From Alphaproteobacteria bacterium (GTDB lineage Bacteria; Pseudomonadota; Alphaproteobacteria; Rs-D84; SZUA-605): a stretch of 64,000 bases of DNA. The notes under the pieces are model-generated. The model saw only the letters and a list, made by a program, of their open reading frames with translations, searched no databases and was not told the DNA's origin. The translations under genes were made by a program, and so were the position numbers. Below, piece by piece: positions 30,780-40,078 of this stretch. The number at the start of each line of letters is the position of its first letter. Positions within the stretch are counted from its first letter, which is position 1. Location: the NCBI GenBank assembly GCA_031549385.1, contig JAVBPW010000001.1, positions 352,001 through 416,000 on the forward strand, read 5' to 3'.

Positions 30780-30990
30780 TTGACTCGTTACCTGATTCGT
30801 GATAGAATCTTATTTACATTTAATTAGTAAACTAAACCTAAAAATAAACGTATGAAATAAAAAGCGGCTGGGCCGCAGAGAAAAAATTAAAAAATAAATA
30901 ATAAAAAACTTAAAACAAGTGCGGATTAGCACCAATTGAGCTTAAGCTCCAATAAAAACATAGAGGCGCCATTAGTGCGCCTTTCTTTTT
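30780..30990 (+). ncRNA. Array unit 4: leader + ATG-AAA-TAA minigene + hairpins
   Basis: TTGACT(30780)-17-TAGAAT; AAACCTAAAAA 30834; ATG AAA TAA 30852-30860; terminator AGGCGC/GCGCCT + T. Confidence 0.55.
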
Positions 30991-31074
30991 GGCTAAATTT
31001 TGACTTTTACATAAGTAACTTGACAAAAGTAAATAATCCCTTATATTGTTGGTATAAACTTAAAAAATATACAT

Positions 31075-31251
31075 ATGGACAAAAAAATTTATGGGGCAAC
31101 AATAGACCCCGATGGTGCAAAATGTTGCACCGAAACTGAAAGACCTCGTAATGAAGGTGTAGTAGCAAAGACATTGGAAGATGTTTTGCACTTTGAAGGA
31201 AAGGTTCCTGACCACTATCTGTGGTTAAGTATTTACAGGGTAAAGCAGTAG
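31075..31251 (+). CDS. Array unit 5: 58-aa hypothetical protein (not in ORF track)
   Basis: TTGACA(31020)-16-TATATT; ATAAACTTAAAAAA leader; MDKKIYGATIDPDGAKCCTETERPRNEGVVAKTLEDVLHFEGKVPDHYLWLSIYRVKQ; terminator 31276-31307. Confidence 0.6.
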   Translation: MDKKIYGATIDPDGAKCCTETERPRNEGVVAKTLEDVLHFEGKVPDHYLWLSIYRVKQ

Positions 31252-31310
31252 TGGAGTGTGAGTTTTAACTCTGTTTAAGGTGTCTTTTTTAGGCACCTTA
31301 TTTTTTTGCC

Positions 31311-31525
31311 TTGAATGGTTTTGGTATTTATGATATAGTGTTGTAACTTTTTACGATTAAACTAGCCCTTTGGGCTGCTTAAAGATCCTTATGGGATCGA
31401 TTACTTGCCAGCAATGGTAAGACTACGAATTTTATTTAAAATTAAATTTAATTAATCAATGAGAAAACAATTTTAATTGTTTTATTTATTGGCAAAGAAA
31501 GAGGCTCTTTTGGAGCCTCTTTTGA
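31311..31525 (+). ncRNA. Array unit 6: multi-hairpin RNA
   Basis: TTGAAT(31311)-17-TATAGT; hairpins at 31364, 31384, 31404, 31464; bidirectional terminator 31498-31523 shared with dnaN. Confidence 0.5.
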
Positions 31526-31527
31526 TT

Positions 31528-32640
31528 TTATCTTCTTAATGGCATTAACACATATAAGAAATTGTTATTCTTTGGCTCTTGAATGATACATGGAGCAAGT
31601 CCAGTTGAGAATAAGAATTCAACTTCATCTGTTTTTATTTGTGATGCTGCTTCAAGAAGGAATTTTACTTTGAATGTTGATTCTAATGCTACATCACTGT
31701 TAAATTCTACTTCAATTTCTTCTGTACCACTTCCAAGTTCACTTGCACTTGCAGATAGTGTTAGTTTGTTTGTTTTTACAGACATCTTAATATCTTTGAA
31801 TTTATCGTTTGATACTGATGAGATTCTGTCTACACCTGCTGTGAATAACTTGCAGTTTACTTTTAATACGTTCTTGTTTCCTTTTGGAATTACAACACCA
31901 TAGTCTGGAAATTTTCCGTCAATTAACTTTGATGTCATTACTAAATTCTTAAATGAAAATCTTGTTTTTGTTTCTGATACTTCAATTGTTATATCTTCTT
32001 TGTCATTTTCAATTATTTTATTTAGTTCATATATTACTTGTTTTGGAATTATAATTCCTGTCATTCCTTTTGCGCCTTCTGGAGCTGGAATTTCAAATAA
32101 TGCTAAACGTGAACCGTCTGTTGCAACTGCGCGTAATACTGTTTGGCTATTCTTTTCAGTTGTATGCAAATAAATACCATTTAATTGATAACGTGTTTCT
32201 TCTGTTGAAATAGCAAATTTTGTTCTTTCAATTAATGATAGTAAATCTTCTGGAGATAATTTGAATTTGTGTGGAAGATTTGCTCCTGCCATCATTGGGA
32301 AATCATCAGCTGGTAATGTTGGTAATTTGAATTCTGATTTTCCAGCTTTGATTATGATTTCAGTTCCTTTTAATTCAAATTTGATTTCTGAATCTTCTGG
32401 AAGCTTTCTTACAATGTCATATAATGTATGAGCAGGGATTGTTATCTTTCCTTCTTTTTCTACTTTAGCCGGAACTTTTTCAATTAATTCTAAATCAACA
32501 TTTGTTGCTGTAATTGTTAGTTCATTTTCTGCTACAAATTTTGCATTTGAAAGAATTGGAATAGAACTCTTCTTTTCTGCAATTGAAGCTATGTGTGAGA
32601 GGCTTTTTAAAAAGCTTTGGCGATCTACTGTGAATTTCAT
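31528..32640 (-). CDS. dnaN: DNA polymerase III beta sliding clamp
   Basis: SIPILSN, FAISTEETRYQLNG, VATDG, SKLIDGKFPDY, YVLMPL. Confidence 0.98.
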   Translation of the reverse strand: MKFTVDRQSFLKSLSHIASIAEKKSSIPILSNAKFVAENELTITATNVDLELIEKVPAKVEKEGKITIPAHTLYDIVRKLPEDSEIKFELKGTEIIIKAGKSEFKLPTLPADDFPMMAGANLPHKFKLSPEDLLSLIERTKFAISTEETRYQLNGIYLHTTEKNSQTVLRAVATDGSRLALFEIPAPEGAKGMTGIIIPKQVIYELNKIIENDKEDITIEVSETKTRFSFKNLVMTSKLIDGKFPDYGVVIPKGNKNVLKVNCKLFTAGVDRISSVSNDKFKDIKMSVKTNKLTLSASASELGSGTEEIEVEFNSDVALESTFKVKFLLEAASQIKTDEVEFLFSTGLAPCIIQEPKNNNFLYVLMPLRR

Positions 32641-32791
32641 ATTTTTCCCCTTTTAATTATTTCTTTCAAGGATAATCAATTTAATTTTCTTCTGCAAGAG
32701 TTTTTTTTGTTTCGAGTGTGATAAAAATTTATTGACACTTTTGTTTGATTACGGTATGTTAAAATCTAATTTAAACAAAAAGGGGAATTTC

Positions 32792-33796
32792 ATGAATAAA
32801 AAGAAAAAGGTAGTTATTATAGTTGCAGCAGTTTTTGTTGTAGTTGCTTTGTTATTAATACTTAATCAAAAGAAAAAAGACGAACAACCAAGAATTATCA
32901 AGGATAGTGGAAGTATTTCTATTGTTGAACCTGATGACGATAATGTAGAACTTACAAATGATTTTTATAATGAAGATTTGAAAAAAGAAAGTAAAAAAGA
33001 AACTTCTAGGGAAGTTAAAACTATTGTTCCTGCTTTTGATGTAGTTAGAGTTGAAAAACGTAAAGCTGTGTTTGCAGGAAGAGCTGATAAAAATGTTGAT
33101 ATTCACATTATGTCAGGGGATAAAGAAATCGGAACTATGAAAACTGATGGTAAAGGTGAATTTGTTTTTATTCCTGAAAAAGATTTTGACGCTGGGCATT
33201 ATGAATTTTCTTTATGGTATGAAAAAGATGGAAAGAAAATAACATCTGAACAAAATGCTATACTTGCTATTGATACTAAAAATAATTCTGGTATTGCTGT
33301 GCTTGTTGGTGGAGATAAAGAAACTAAAGTTATGACTGCTCCAAAAGGTGAATATATTGGTGAACTTGCAATTCAATTAGTTGAATATGATTTTAAAGAT
33401 ACTATGACCGCTTCTGGAACTGCTGAAAAAAATGCTAAAGTTAATGTTTATTTAGATAATAAACTTTTACAAACTGTGACAGCTGATGAAGATGGTAAGT
33501 GGACTTTGAAATATGAAACTACTTTAATTCAAGATAAAGCTTACAAAATTAGAGCTGACCAAGTTAATGAATCTGGAAAAGTTTTAAAGAGAGTTGAAAA
33601 TAGATTTTCTACTGAAAAAGTTGAAGTTGCTAAACAATATGTTGTTCGCAAAGGAGATTGTTTGTGGAGAATTGCTCGAAAAGAATATGGCAAAGGAATT
33701 AAATATACTTTGATTTTTGAAGCTAATAAAGCTCAAATTAAAAACCCAGATTTGATTTATCCTAATCAAATATTTAAGTTGCCTAAGAATTCATAA
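32792..33796 (+). CDS. Membrane-anchored Ig-like + LysM peptidoglycan-binding protein
   Basis: N-terminal TM, PAFDVVRVE, C-terminal VRKGDCLWRIA...IKNPDLIYPNQ LysM. Confidence 0.9.
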   Translation: MNKKKKVVIIVAAVFVVVALLLILNQKKKDEQPRIIKDSGSISIVEPDDDNVELTNDFYNEDLKKESKKETSREVKTIVPAFDVVRVEKRKAVFAGRADKNVDIHIMSGDKEIGTMKTDGKGEFVFIPEKDFDAGHYEFSLWYEKDGKKITSEQNAILAIDTKNNSGIAVLVGGDKETKVMTAPKGEYIGELAIQLVEYDFKDTMTASGTAEKNAKVNVYLDNKLLQTVTADEDGKWTLKYETTLIQDKAYKIRADQVNESGKVLKRVENRFSTEKVEVAKQYVVRKGDCLWRIARKEYGKGIKYTLIFEANKAQIKNPDLIYPNQIFKLPKNS

Positions 33797-33890
33797 GAGA
33801 GAGCCGAAAGGCTCTTTTTTATTTTTCCAATTGCATTTTTAACCCTTATGTTTTAGAATTGTTTCGAATTTAAAATGAAAGGTTTTTAGT

Positions 33891-35255
33891 ATGTCAGCAA
33901 AGTCTATGGATGATTTAGTTTCTTTATGTAAACGTCGTGGTTTTATTTTTCAAGGATCAGAAATTTATGGTGGTCTTAAAGGTACTTATGATTATGGTCC
34001 TCTTGGGATTGAATTAAAAAAGAATTTACGTAATGCTTGGTGGAACGCTCTTGTTTATGAGCGTGATGATATTGAAGGGATTGAAGCTGCTTTGCTTTCT
34101 AATCGTTTGATTTGGAAATATTCTGGTCATGAAGGAACCTTTTCTGATCCTCTTGTTGAATGCAAAAAATGCCATACTCGTATGAGAGCTGATCATATCA
34201 AAAATGGTAAGTGTGAAAATTGTGGTTCTTCTGATTTGACTGAACCTAAAGCTTTTATGCTTATGATGAAGACTAATATAGGTCCGGTGGATGATGGTAC
34301 TTCATTTGCTTACTTGCGTGCAGAAACAGCTCAAAGCACTTATGTGAATTTTAAAAATGTGTTAGATTCTACATCTCAAAAAATTCCTTTTGGAATTGCT
34401 CAATATGGAAAGTCTTTTAGAAATGAAATTACCCCAAGAAACTTTGTTTTTCGAATGAGAGAATTTGAACAAGCTGAAATGCAATTCTTTGTTGAACCTG
34501 GTACTGATGAAAAATGGTTCGAAGATTGGAAAAAAATTAGAATGGAATGGTGGCAAAAACAAGGACTCAAAAAAGAAAATTTGAAGATTGTTCCACATCC
34601 AAAAGATAAACTTGCACACTATGCGAAAGCTGCCGAAGATATTGAATATAATTTTCCTCATGGATTTGATGAACTTGAAGGTATTCATAACAGACAAGAT
34701 TTTGATTTAGGTTCTCATACTAAAGCTCAAAAAGATTTTGATATTAAAGCTAGTGTAATTGAAAATAAAGATTCTAATGCAAAACTTAATTATATTGATC
34801 CATCTTCTAATAAAAACTATATTCCTTTTGTAGTTGAAACTGCAGCAGGATTGGATAGAGGGGTTATTGCTGTTTTAAATGAAGCATACACAGAAGAAGA
34901 TTTAGGGGATGGAAAAGAAAGATTAGTTTTAAAATTGGCTAAACATTTATCACCTATTAAAGTAGCTGTTATTCCTTTGGCAAAAAATAATGAAGAACTT
35001 GTTAAAGTAGCTCATAAGATTAAAGACGATTTGCAAAAGTTGGCTATTGGAAGAATTCTTTTTGAAAATTCTGGAAATATCGGAAAAGCATATAGAAGAC
35101 ATGATGAAGTTGGAACTCCTATTTGTTTAACGGTAGATTTTGAAACTTTGGAAAATGGAACTTTGACTGTGCGTGACAGAGATACTATGAGTCAGGAAAG
35201 AATTAAACTTGATGATGTTGTTAACTATGTAACAAACTTTTTTAAGGAAAATTAA
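33891..35255 (+). CDS. glyQS: Glycine--tRNA ligase, alpha2 (homodimeric) type
   Basis: LCKRRGFIFQGSEIYGG, YLRAETAQ, FRNEITP, RMREFEQ, IGKAYRRHDEVGTP. Confidence 0.97.
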   Translation: MSAKSMDDLVSLCKRRGFIFQGSEIYGGLKGTYDYGPLGIELKKNLRNAWWNALVYERDDIEGIEAALLSNRLIWKYSGHEGTFSDPLVECKKCHTRMRADHIKNGKCENCGSSDLTEPKAFMLMMKTNIGPVDDGTSFAYLRAETAQSTYVNFKNVLDSTSQKIPFGIAQYGKSFRNEITPRNFVFRMREFEQAEMQFFVEPGTDEKWFEDWKKIRMEWWQKQGLKKENLKIVPHPKDKLAHYAKAAEDIEYNFPHGFDELEGIHNRQDFDLGSHTKAQKDFDIKASVIENKDSNAKLNYIDPSSNKNYIPFVVETAAGLDRGVIAVLNEAYTEEDLGDGKERLVLKLAKHLSPIKVAVIPLAKNNEELVKVAHKIKDDLQKLAIGRILFENSGNIGKAYRRHDEVGTPICLTVDFETLENGTLTVRDRDTMSQERIKLDDVVNYVTNFFKEN

Positions 35256-35256
35256 T

Positions 35257-35718
35257 ATGAATAAAAAATTATTTATTATCAGAAATAGAGAAGTTCTTTT
35301 AGGTATTGTATCTTTACTTGGATTGATAATTCTTTTTACTGCTGTAAATAATTTTAAATTAGAAAAAGCATCAGCTGGTTCAAGAGAATATAAAGCTCAA
35401 TTTTTAAATATTGAAGGTATTAAGGTTGGGTCTAATGTAAGATATTCTGGTATTAATGTTGGTGATGTTAGTGATGTTAAATTAAATCCAGATTATACTG
35501 TGGAAGTTACTATTAAGGTTGGAAGGGGTTTTGATATTCCTGTTGATTCTACATTAATGGTTTTAACAGATGGAATTCTTGGAAGTAAGTATTTAGAAAT
35601 TTCTGCTGGAAGTGAGGATGAATATTTGAAATCAGGAGATAGTTTTGAAAATACTACAGAGTCGACAAATATTATTGGGTTGGTAAAACAAGTATTACAT
35701 AGGGTGAAGGTTAATTAA
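35257..35718 (+). CDS. mlaD: MlaD/MCE domain protein
   Basis: TM + EGIKVGSNVRYSGINVG, DGILGSKYLEI. Confidence 0.88.
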   Translation: MNKKLFIIRNREVLLGIVSLLGLIILFTAVNNFKLEKASAGSREYKAQFLNIEGIKVGSNVRYSGINVGDVSDVKLNPDYTVEVTIKVGRGFDIPVDSTLMVLTDGILGSKYLEISAGSEDEYLKSGDSFENTTESTNIIGLVKQVLHRVKVN

Positions 35719-35726
35719 ATTGGGGT

Positions 35727-35902
35727 GCATTGAAAATGTGCTGCAAATAAAAAGAGTTGAAAATTCACTTCACAATCACACATGTTTAATACGCTCATGC
35801 GAAGATGATTTTTAACTTTTTCGTTTGTCCTCGTTGTTATACAACTTGCGGGCTTCTCGTAAGCGAACAAGTTCGAACTCGTCGGGCGCTATATTTTGAA
35901 TG
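35727..35902 (+). repeat. Palindromic element copy C (RPE-like, with 3-hairpin insertion)
   Basis: CATTGAAAATGTGCTGC...GCGCTATATTTTGAATG closing stem; core CACAATCACACATGTTTAATACGCTCATG. Confidence 0.7.
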
Positions 35903-35991
35903 GCTATTGATACAATAATTTAATTAAAGTTTTTTATGGATTTTTAAAAAATCACGTTTATAATTCGAGTCATAAAAAAGGAGACTCAATC

Positions 35992-36723
35992 ATGAAAAAT
36001 AAACTAATCAATATTATTATTTATGCTATAATCGTTTCTGTATCTGGTGCAGGACTTTATTATGGCGGAACAGAATTCGGAAGAAGATATATCAATACAA
36101 CTATTAAAGAAGTTAAAGTTGTTATGGCTGTAGTTATTAAAAGCTTATCTAAAGAAGCTGGAAAGTCATTTGATACTATGAGCAAATCTGTGCAATCATC
36201 TTCAAGTGCTATGGTTAAATCTGCTAAAGATTCTGGAAAGGCTTTAGAACAATCAGTAAAACAATCTGGAAAAGATATAGAAAAACAAGCTAAAAGTGCT
36301 TTGATTATTGGTGCTTTGAGTGGAAAAAATGCTAAAGAAATTGCTAAAGATGGAAAGGAAATCCTAAAAGGTCAAGAAGATAGCTTGAAAGCTGATGTTA
36401 AAGCTCAAGAAAAATCATTGAAAAATGAATTGAAAGCTCAAGAAGATAAGTTGATGGATGACTTGATGCAAGTTCTTAATGCTAAACAAGTTGAAGAAGA
36501 TGTAAAACAAGCTGTTCTTGTTGCAGCATTGAAAGCTGTTGTTGATAATTCTGCTTTGTTTGCTGGTGTTATTATTTCACTATGTGTGTTTATAGCATCT
36601 GTGTTCTTACTAGCTAAAAACTTAATTCTATTAGTGATACTTGCTATCTGGGGAACAGGAAAACTTACTGCAAAAGGTACTTCAGCAGGATTTAAAGCTG
36701 TTACTAAAAAGAAAGAAAAATAA
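35992..36723 (+). CDS. Hypothetical membrane protein with repetitive helical core
   Basis: SD AGGAG; TM at both ends; SGK..EQ and LK..KAQE repeats. Confidence 0.8.
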   Translation: MKNKLINIIIYAIIVSVSGAGLYYGGTEFGRRYINTTIKEVKVVMAVVIKSLSKEAGKSFDTMSKSVQSSSSAMVKSAKDSGKALEQSVKQSGKDIEKQAKSALIIGALSGKNAKEIAKDGKEILKGQEDSLKADVKAQEKSLKNELKAQEDKLMDDLMQVLNAKQVEEDVKQAVLVAALKAVVDNSALFAGVIISLCVFIASVFLLAKNLILLVILAIWGTGKLTAKGTSAGFKAVTKKKEK

Positions 36724-36743
36724 GATTTAAGGTCTTAAAGTTA

Positions 36744-36863
36744 ATAACTCTATGAAAATAGAGTTATTTTTATTTAGTATTCTCGAAAGAATTTCATAAG
36801 AATTACTTGACAAATAATAAAAATACACTATATTATAAGTATAAACTTAAAAAATATATTAAA
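36744..36863 (+). promoter_or_regulatory. Terminator-promoter-leader module, homologous to 47600-47712 (minus)
   Basis: 28-bp identical hairpin, TTGACAAATAATAA, CACTATATTA, ATAAACTTAAAAA. Confidence 0.8.
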
Positions 36864-37379
36864 ATGAACAACAAATTATGGTTACCAAGACCTACAACTT
36901 TGGTATTAGAACCATTTTGGAAATGGGTAGTAGAAAGAAGAGTTGGTTTTTTACTAGCTTTAGGTGGTATTGTATTGATCTCAATCTTTTGGATTAATGC
37001 TTCTCGGATTGGTCATACTGCTCATTATAGTGCTAGTGTTGAAATTGTTGACCTTGATGCTGTTGAGGCAGACCCTTTGGTGGAACCAGAAAATACTTCT
37101 TCGTTTCCATGGATGAATTGGGGATTGGGATTACATTATTTTTTTGTAATAATTGCATCAGGGTTCATGCTTCTAATGCATTTTGTTGAAACTGAAAAAA
37201 ATGCAAAACGTTTATTGGGATATTCAACGACGTTTTTCATTTTAGCTATTTTGATTTGTCTTATTGATGGACTTTTCAATATTACTGGTGAAACAGAGAG
37301 TAGATTTATTTGGAGTGGAATTTTATTTTCACTTACAATGATAAATTATTTTTTTACAAAAAAATATATTATTAATTAA
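36864..37379 (+). CDS. 4-TM hypothetical membrane protein (cassette class)
   Basis: ATG 36864 after leader motif; terminator AAAATCTGGG/CCAGATTTT at ~37383-37408. Confidence 0.75.
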   Translation: MNNKLWLPRPTTLVLEPFWKWVVERRVGFLLALGGIVLISIFWINASRIGHTAHYSASVEIVDLDAVEADPLVEPENTSSFPWMNWGLGLHYFFVIIASGFMLLMHFVETEKNAKRLLGYSTTFFILAILICLIDGLFNITGETESRFIWSGILFSLTMINYFFTKKYIIN

Positions 37380-37407
37380 AAAAAAATCTGGGTTATCCCA
37401 GATTTTT

Positions 37408-38691
37408 TTATTGGTCTGATATTCTATAATTTCCTGTTTTGCAATTATCTAATCTTGTAGGAAGCATAATTTTCTTATTTCCAATTTTACCTTTAAAGAA
37501 AATATATTTGAATTGACCAATAGATGGATTGGATATTTGTGTCCATATATTTCCTATACTTGAATAATATGATAAACTTTGACCATGTGCAAATATAACT
37601 CCACAGTCATTTGGATTCAAAATGCCATGCTTATCATTACAGTAGAAGTGTCCATTACTGAATGGGATTTTTGCCAGATATAGTTTTCCTGCTTCAGAAT
37701 TTACAGCCATTACTATACAATCTTTTGATTCATCATCATATAAATATCCACATGCTTGGCAACTTGCTTCATTTGGAGTTAGATGAGAGTATGCTTGTGA
37801 ACTTTTGTGTATGCATGATTGTCCATCCCATTCATAATCAGCTCCAAGTTTATCACAGTCTTCTTTTGTTATTTTCTTTCCTTGTTGAGAACTTACATTT
37901 TGTTGTTCTGATTTAGTTTTATCAGAACTGCTTGGTGAAGATGAACTTGTTGCTGCTGGTTTTGGTTCGGGCTTTTTTACACATTGTCCGTTTTTAATTT
38001 CATAATCACTTGATGCACATACACATTGGTTTGTGCTTGAATTTAATGTGAATCCTTTTGATTTATTACATACACAACGTTTGTTGTTTAAAATGAAATA
38101 ACCTTTTGTATCGCATTCAACTGCTTCACAACGTTTTGTATCCCATGCTGCTAAACCTGTTAATTCTTCATTCCATTTTTGCTTTAAAGTTCCTGGAGGG
38201 AAGGGACCATTTTCACATGCGCCTTTGTTTATTCCACTTTGTGTCATTACTGTTGAAGATGCTACTATTTCTTCATCACCTTCTGGTTGCTTTGCAAATA
38301 GTTTTGGAAGTTGCGTTGCTCCTATACCCATTAAACCTGCTACATAATTTTGTGTTTTTGTGTTGCCTGTTCCATATTTGTTTGCCATTACGTCTGTTCT
38401 TTGAGAATATGTTAGTAAATCTTCACAAATTGAACTTATATATTTTGTGCAAACTTTTTCATAGTTTATTGAATATCTTGATTTTGATCCCATTTGATCT
38501 TTGAAGAATGCTATACATTCTATTTTAGAACTTGTATGACGACGAAATTCTGGGAGGTTTTGATTTTCATCTATTATCTCTGTGAATATTTTTTCACAGT
38601 TTGTATTATCTATTTGTCTGAATCTTTTTTGAGCGTAAGATGTTGAGACTATGGTTAATAACAATAATAAAAGTATAGATAGTTTTTTCAA
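37408..38691 (-). CDS. Secreted Cys-rich protein
   Basis: Signal peptide ending SYAQ, CxC..G......C repeats, Ser-rich linker; TTG start preceded by AAGGAG. Confidence 0.8.
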   Translation of the reverse strand: MKKLSILLLLLLTIVSTSYAQKRFRQIDNTNCEKIFTEIIDENQNLPEFRRHTSSKIECIAFFKDQMGSKSRYSINYEKVCTKYISSICEDLLTYSQRTDVMANKYGTGNTKTQNYVAGLMGIGATQLPKLFAKQPEGDEEIVASSTVMTQSGINKGACENGPFPPGTLKQKWNEELTGLAAWDTKRCEAVECDTKGYFILNNKRCVCNKSKGFTLNSSTNQCVCASSDYEIKNGQCVKKPEPKPAATSSSSPSSSDKTKSEQQNVSSQQGKKITKEDCDKLGADYEWDGQSCIHKSSQAYSHLTPNEASCQACGYLYDDESKDCIVMAVNSEAGKLYLAKIPFSNGHFYCNDKHGILNPNDCGVIFAHGQSLSYYSSIGNIWTQISNPSIGQFKYIFFKGKIGNKKIMLPTRLDNCKTGNYRISDQ

Positions 38692-38792
38692 AACAGTACT
38701 CCTTTGGTGCTATTATTATATCAAATTTTTGACCTCCTTGCAACTGCTTTATTGGGCTTGACAAAAGTCTGATTTTTGTAGATATTATAACA

Positions 38793-39614
38793 ATGATTAA
38801 ATTGATAAATCTTATTGGAAAATTTTTTGGATATGTGAAAGTTTTGTTCCTAACTTCACTGGTTGCTTTTTTAATTAGCTCTTTTTATACAATGTATCAT
38901 TTTCATGTTATTGCGCCTGTTGCTGTGTTTGCTAATTTGATTGCTGTACCGTTTTTTTCTTTCTTTATTATGCCTCTTTGTACTTTGATTTTATTTTTGT
39001 TGCCTATTAATGGAGCTGAAATTCCTCTTCAAATTTTAGATCAACTATATTTTGTATTTAAAAACATTTCTCAGTTTTTTGATTCTTGGGATTGGAATTT
39101 TATGGTTGGAGCTATGCCTTCTTGGACTTTGGGATTTTTTTCTTTTTCTTTTTATTTTTTTATTGCTTTTAATAACAAATGGGTAAAAAGATTTTGTGTT
39201 TTTGTTATGCTGCTATGTTTTGCTTCTCCTCTTTTTTATAAAACACCTAATATTTGGATTGCAGAAAATGGTCAGTTGATTGCTGTTAAAAAAGAAGATG
39301 GAAGATTGCAATTTTTTGGAAATGTTTCTCTTAATAAGTTTATTGCTGATGAATGGATAAGAATTAATGGACAGGAAAATATACTTAAGTCTGAGAAAAA
39401 TTATTGTTCACGTAAAAAGTTTTGTTATTATCAAGTTGATGGAAAAACTTTATATATTTTAAATGATTTTTTTGATATCTATAGAAATATTATGATTGCT
39501 TGCGATGATGAAAATGGTATTATTGTTTCATCTTATGAAATAAATAATCCTGCTTGTAAAGCTCAGTTAATCGACAAAAAATATCTTCAAGATAATGGAT
39601 ATCAAACTTTTTAA
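38793..39614 (+). CDS. ComEC/Rec2 C-terminal portion only
   Basis: YHFH...ANLIAVP.....IMP (end of Competence domain), then PNIWIAENGQLIAV and WIRING as in alphaproteobacterial ComEC tails. Confidence 0.7.
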   Translation: MIKLINLIGKFFGYVKVLFLTSLVAFLISSFYTMYHFHVIAPVAVFANLIAVPFFSFFIMPLCTLILFLLPINGAEIPLQILDQLYFVFKNISQFFDSWDWNFMVGAMPSWTLGFFSFSFYFFIAFNNKWVKRFCVFVMLLCFASPLFYKTPNIWIAENGQLIAVKKEDGRLQFFGNVSLNKFIADEWIRINGQENILKSEKNYCSRKKFCYYQVDGKTLYILNDFFDIYRNIMIACDDENGIIVSSYEINNPACKAQLIDKKYLQDNGYQTF

Positions 39615-39693
39615 TTCATTGACAATTTGAATTTTCGTTGGTAAGTATCTATATATTAGGTGTTATAATAATTCAAACTTAAATTTAAAACAT

Positions 39694-40038
39694 ATGTACC
39701 ATACTTTAGTGTCTGATGTTGATAGGAAATTTTATGAGGGTGGTTGGTCAAATTCATATGAATTGGAAAATGAATCACCATTTATTTCGATTTTTGAACG
39801 AAAAGTGTGTATTTGTAAAAATATCACTCACCGTGAGACAGGGGCCAAGGATTTATTCCTTTATTTTCCCCGCCAACCCTTTATTCAAGAGGATGCCTTT
39901 GTTGGTGACCAAGAAGTAAGGAATAGTTTGCTTGGTTTTAAATCAGCTGTTTTTAATGGATTGCGTGATCAAAGAACTTGGTTCAAGGTTGAGAAAAATG
40001 AAGGCGCAGATCTGTTATATACAGGCTGGGGTGGGTAA
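39694..40038 (+). CDS. Hypothetical protein (cassette class)
   Basis: TTGACA 39619, leader TTCAAACTTAAATTTAAAACATATG, terminator 40057-40075. Confidence 0.75.
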   Translation: MYHTLVSDVDRKFYEGGWSNSYELENESPFISIFERKVCICKNITHRETGAKDLFLYFPRQPFIQEDAFVGDQEVRNSLLGFKSAVFNGLRDQRTWFKVEKNEGADLLYTGWGG

Positions 40039-40078
40039 TTCATTTACAAAAAATTTAGGCTGGAATTTCCAGCCTTTT

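Noticed and set aside
30476-31139. ORF-track calls 30476-30673(-) and 30936-31139(+)
   Set aside because: They cross promoters and terminators of the array units and lack start signals
30343-31525. CRISPR array
   Set aside because: No repeated 23-47 bp direct repeat with regular spacers and no cas genes in the window
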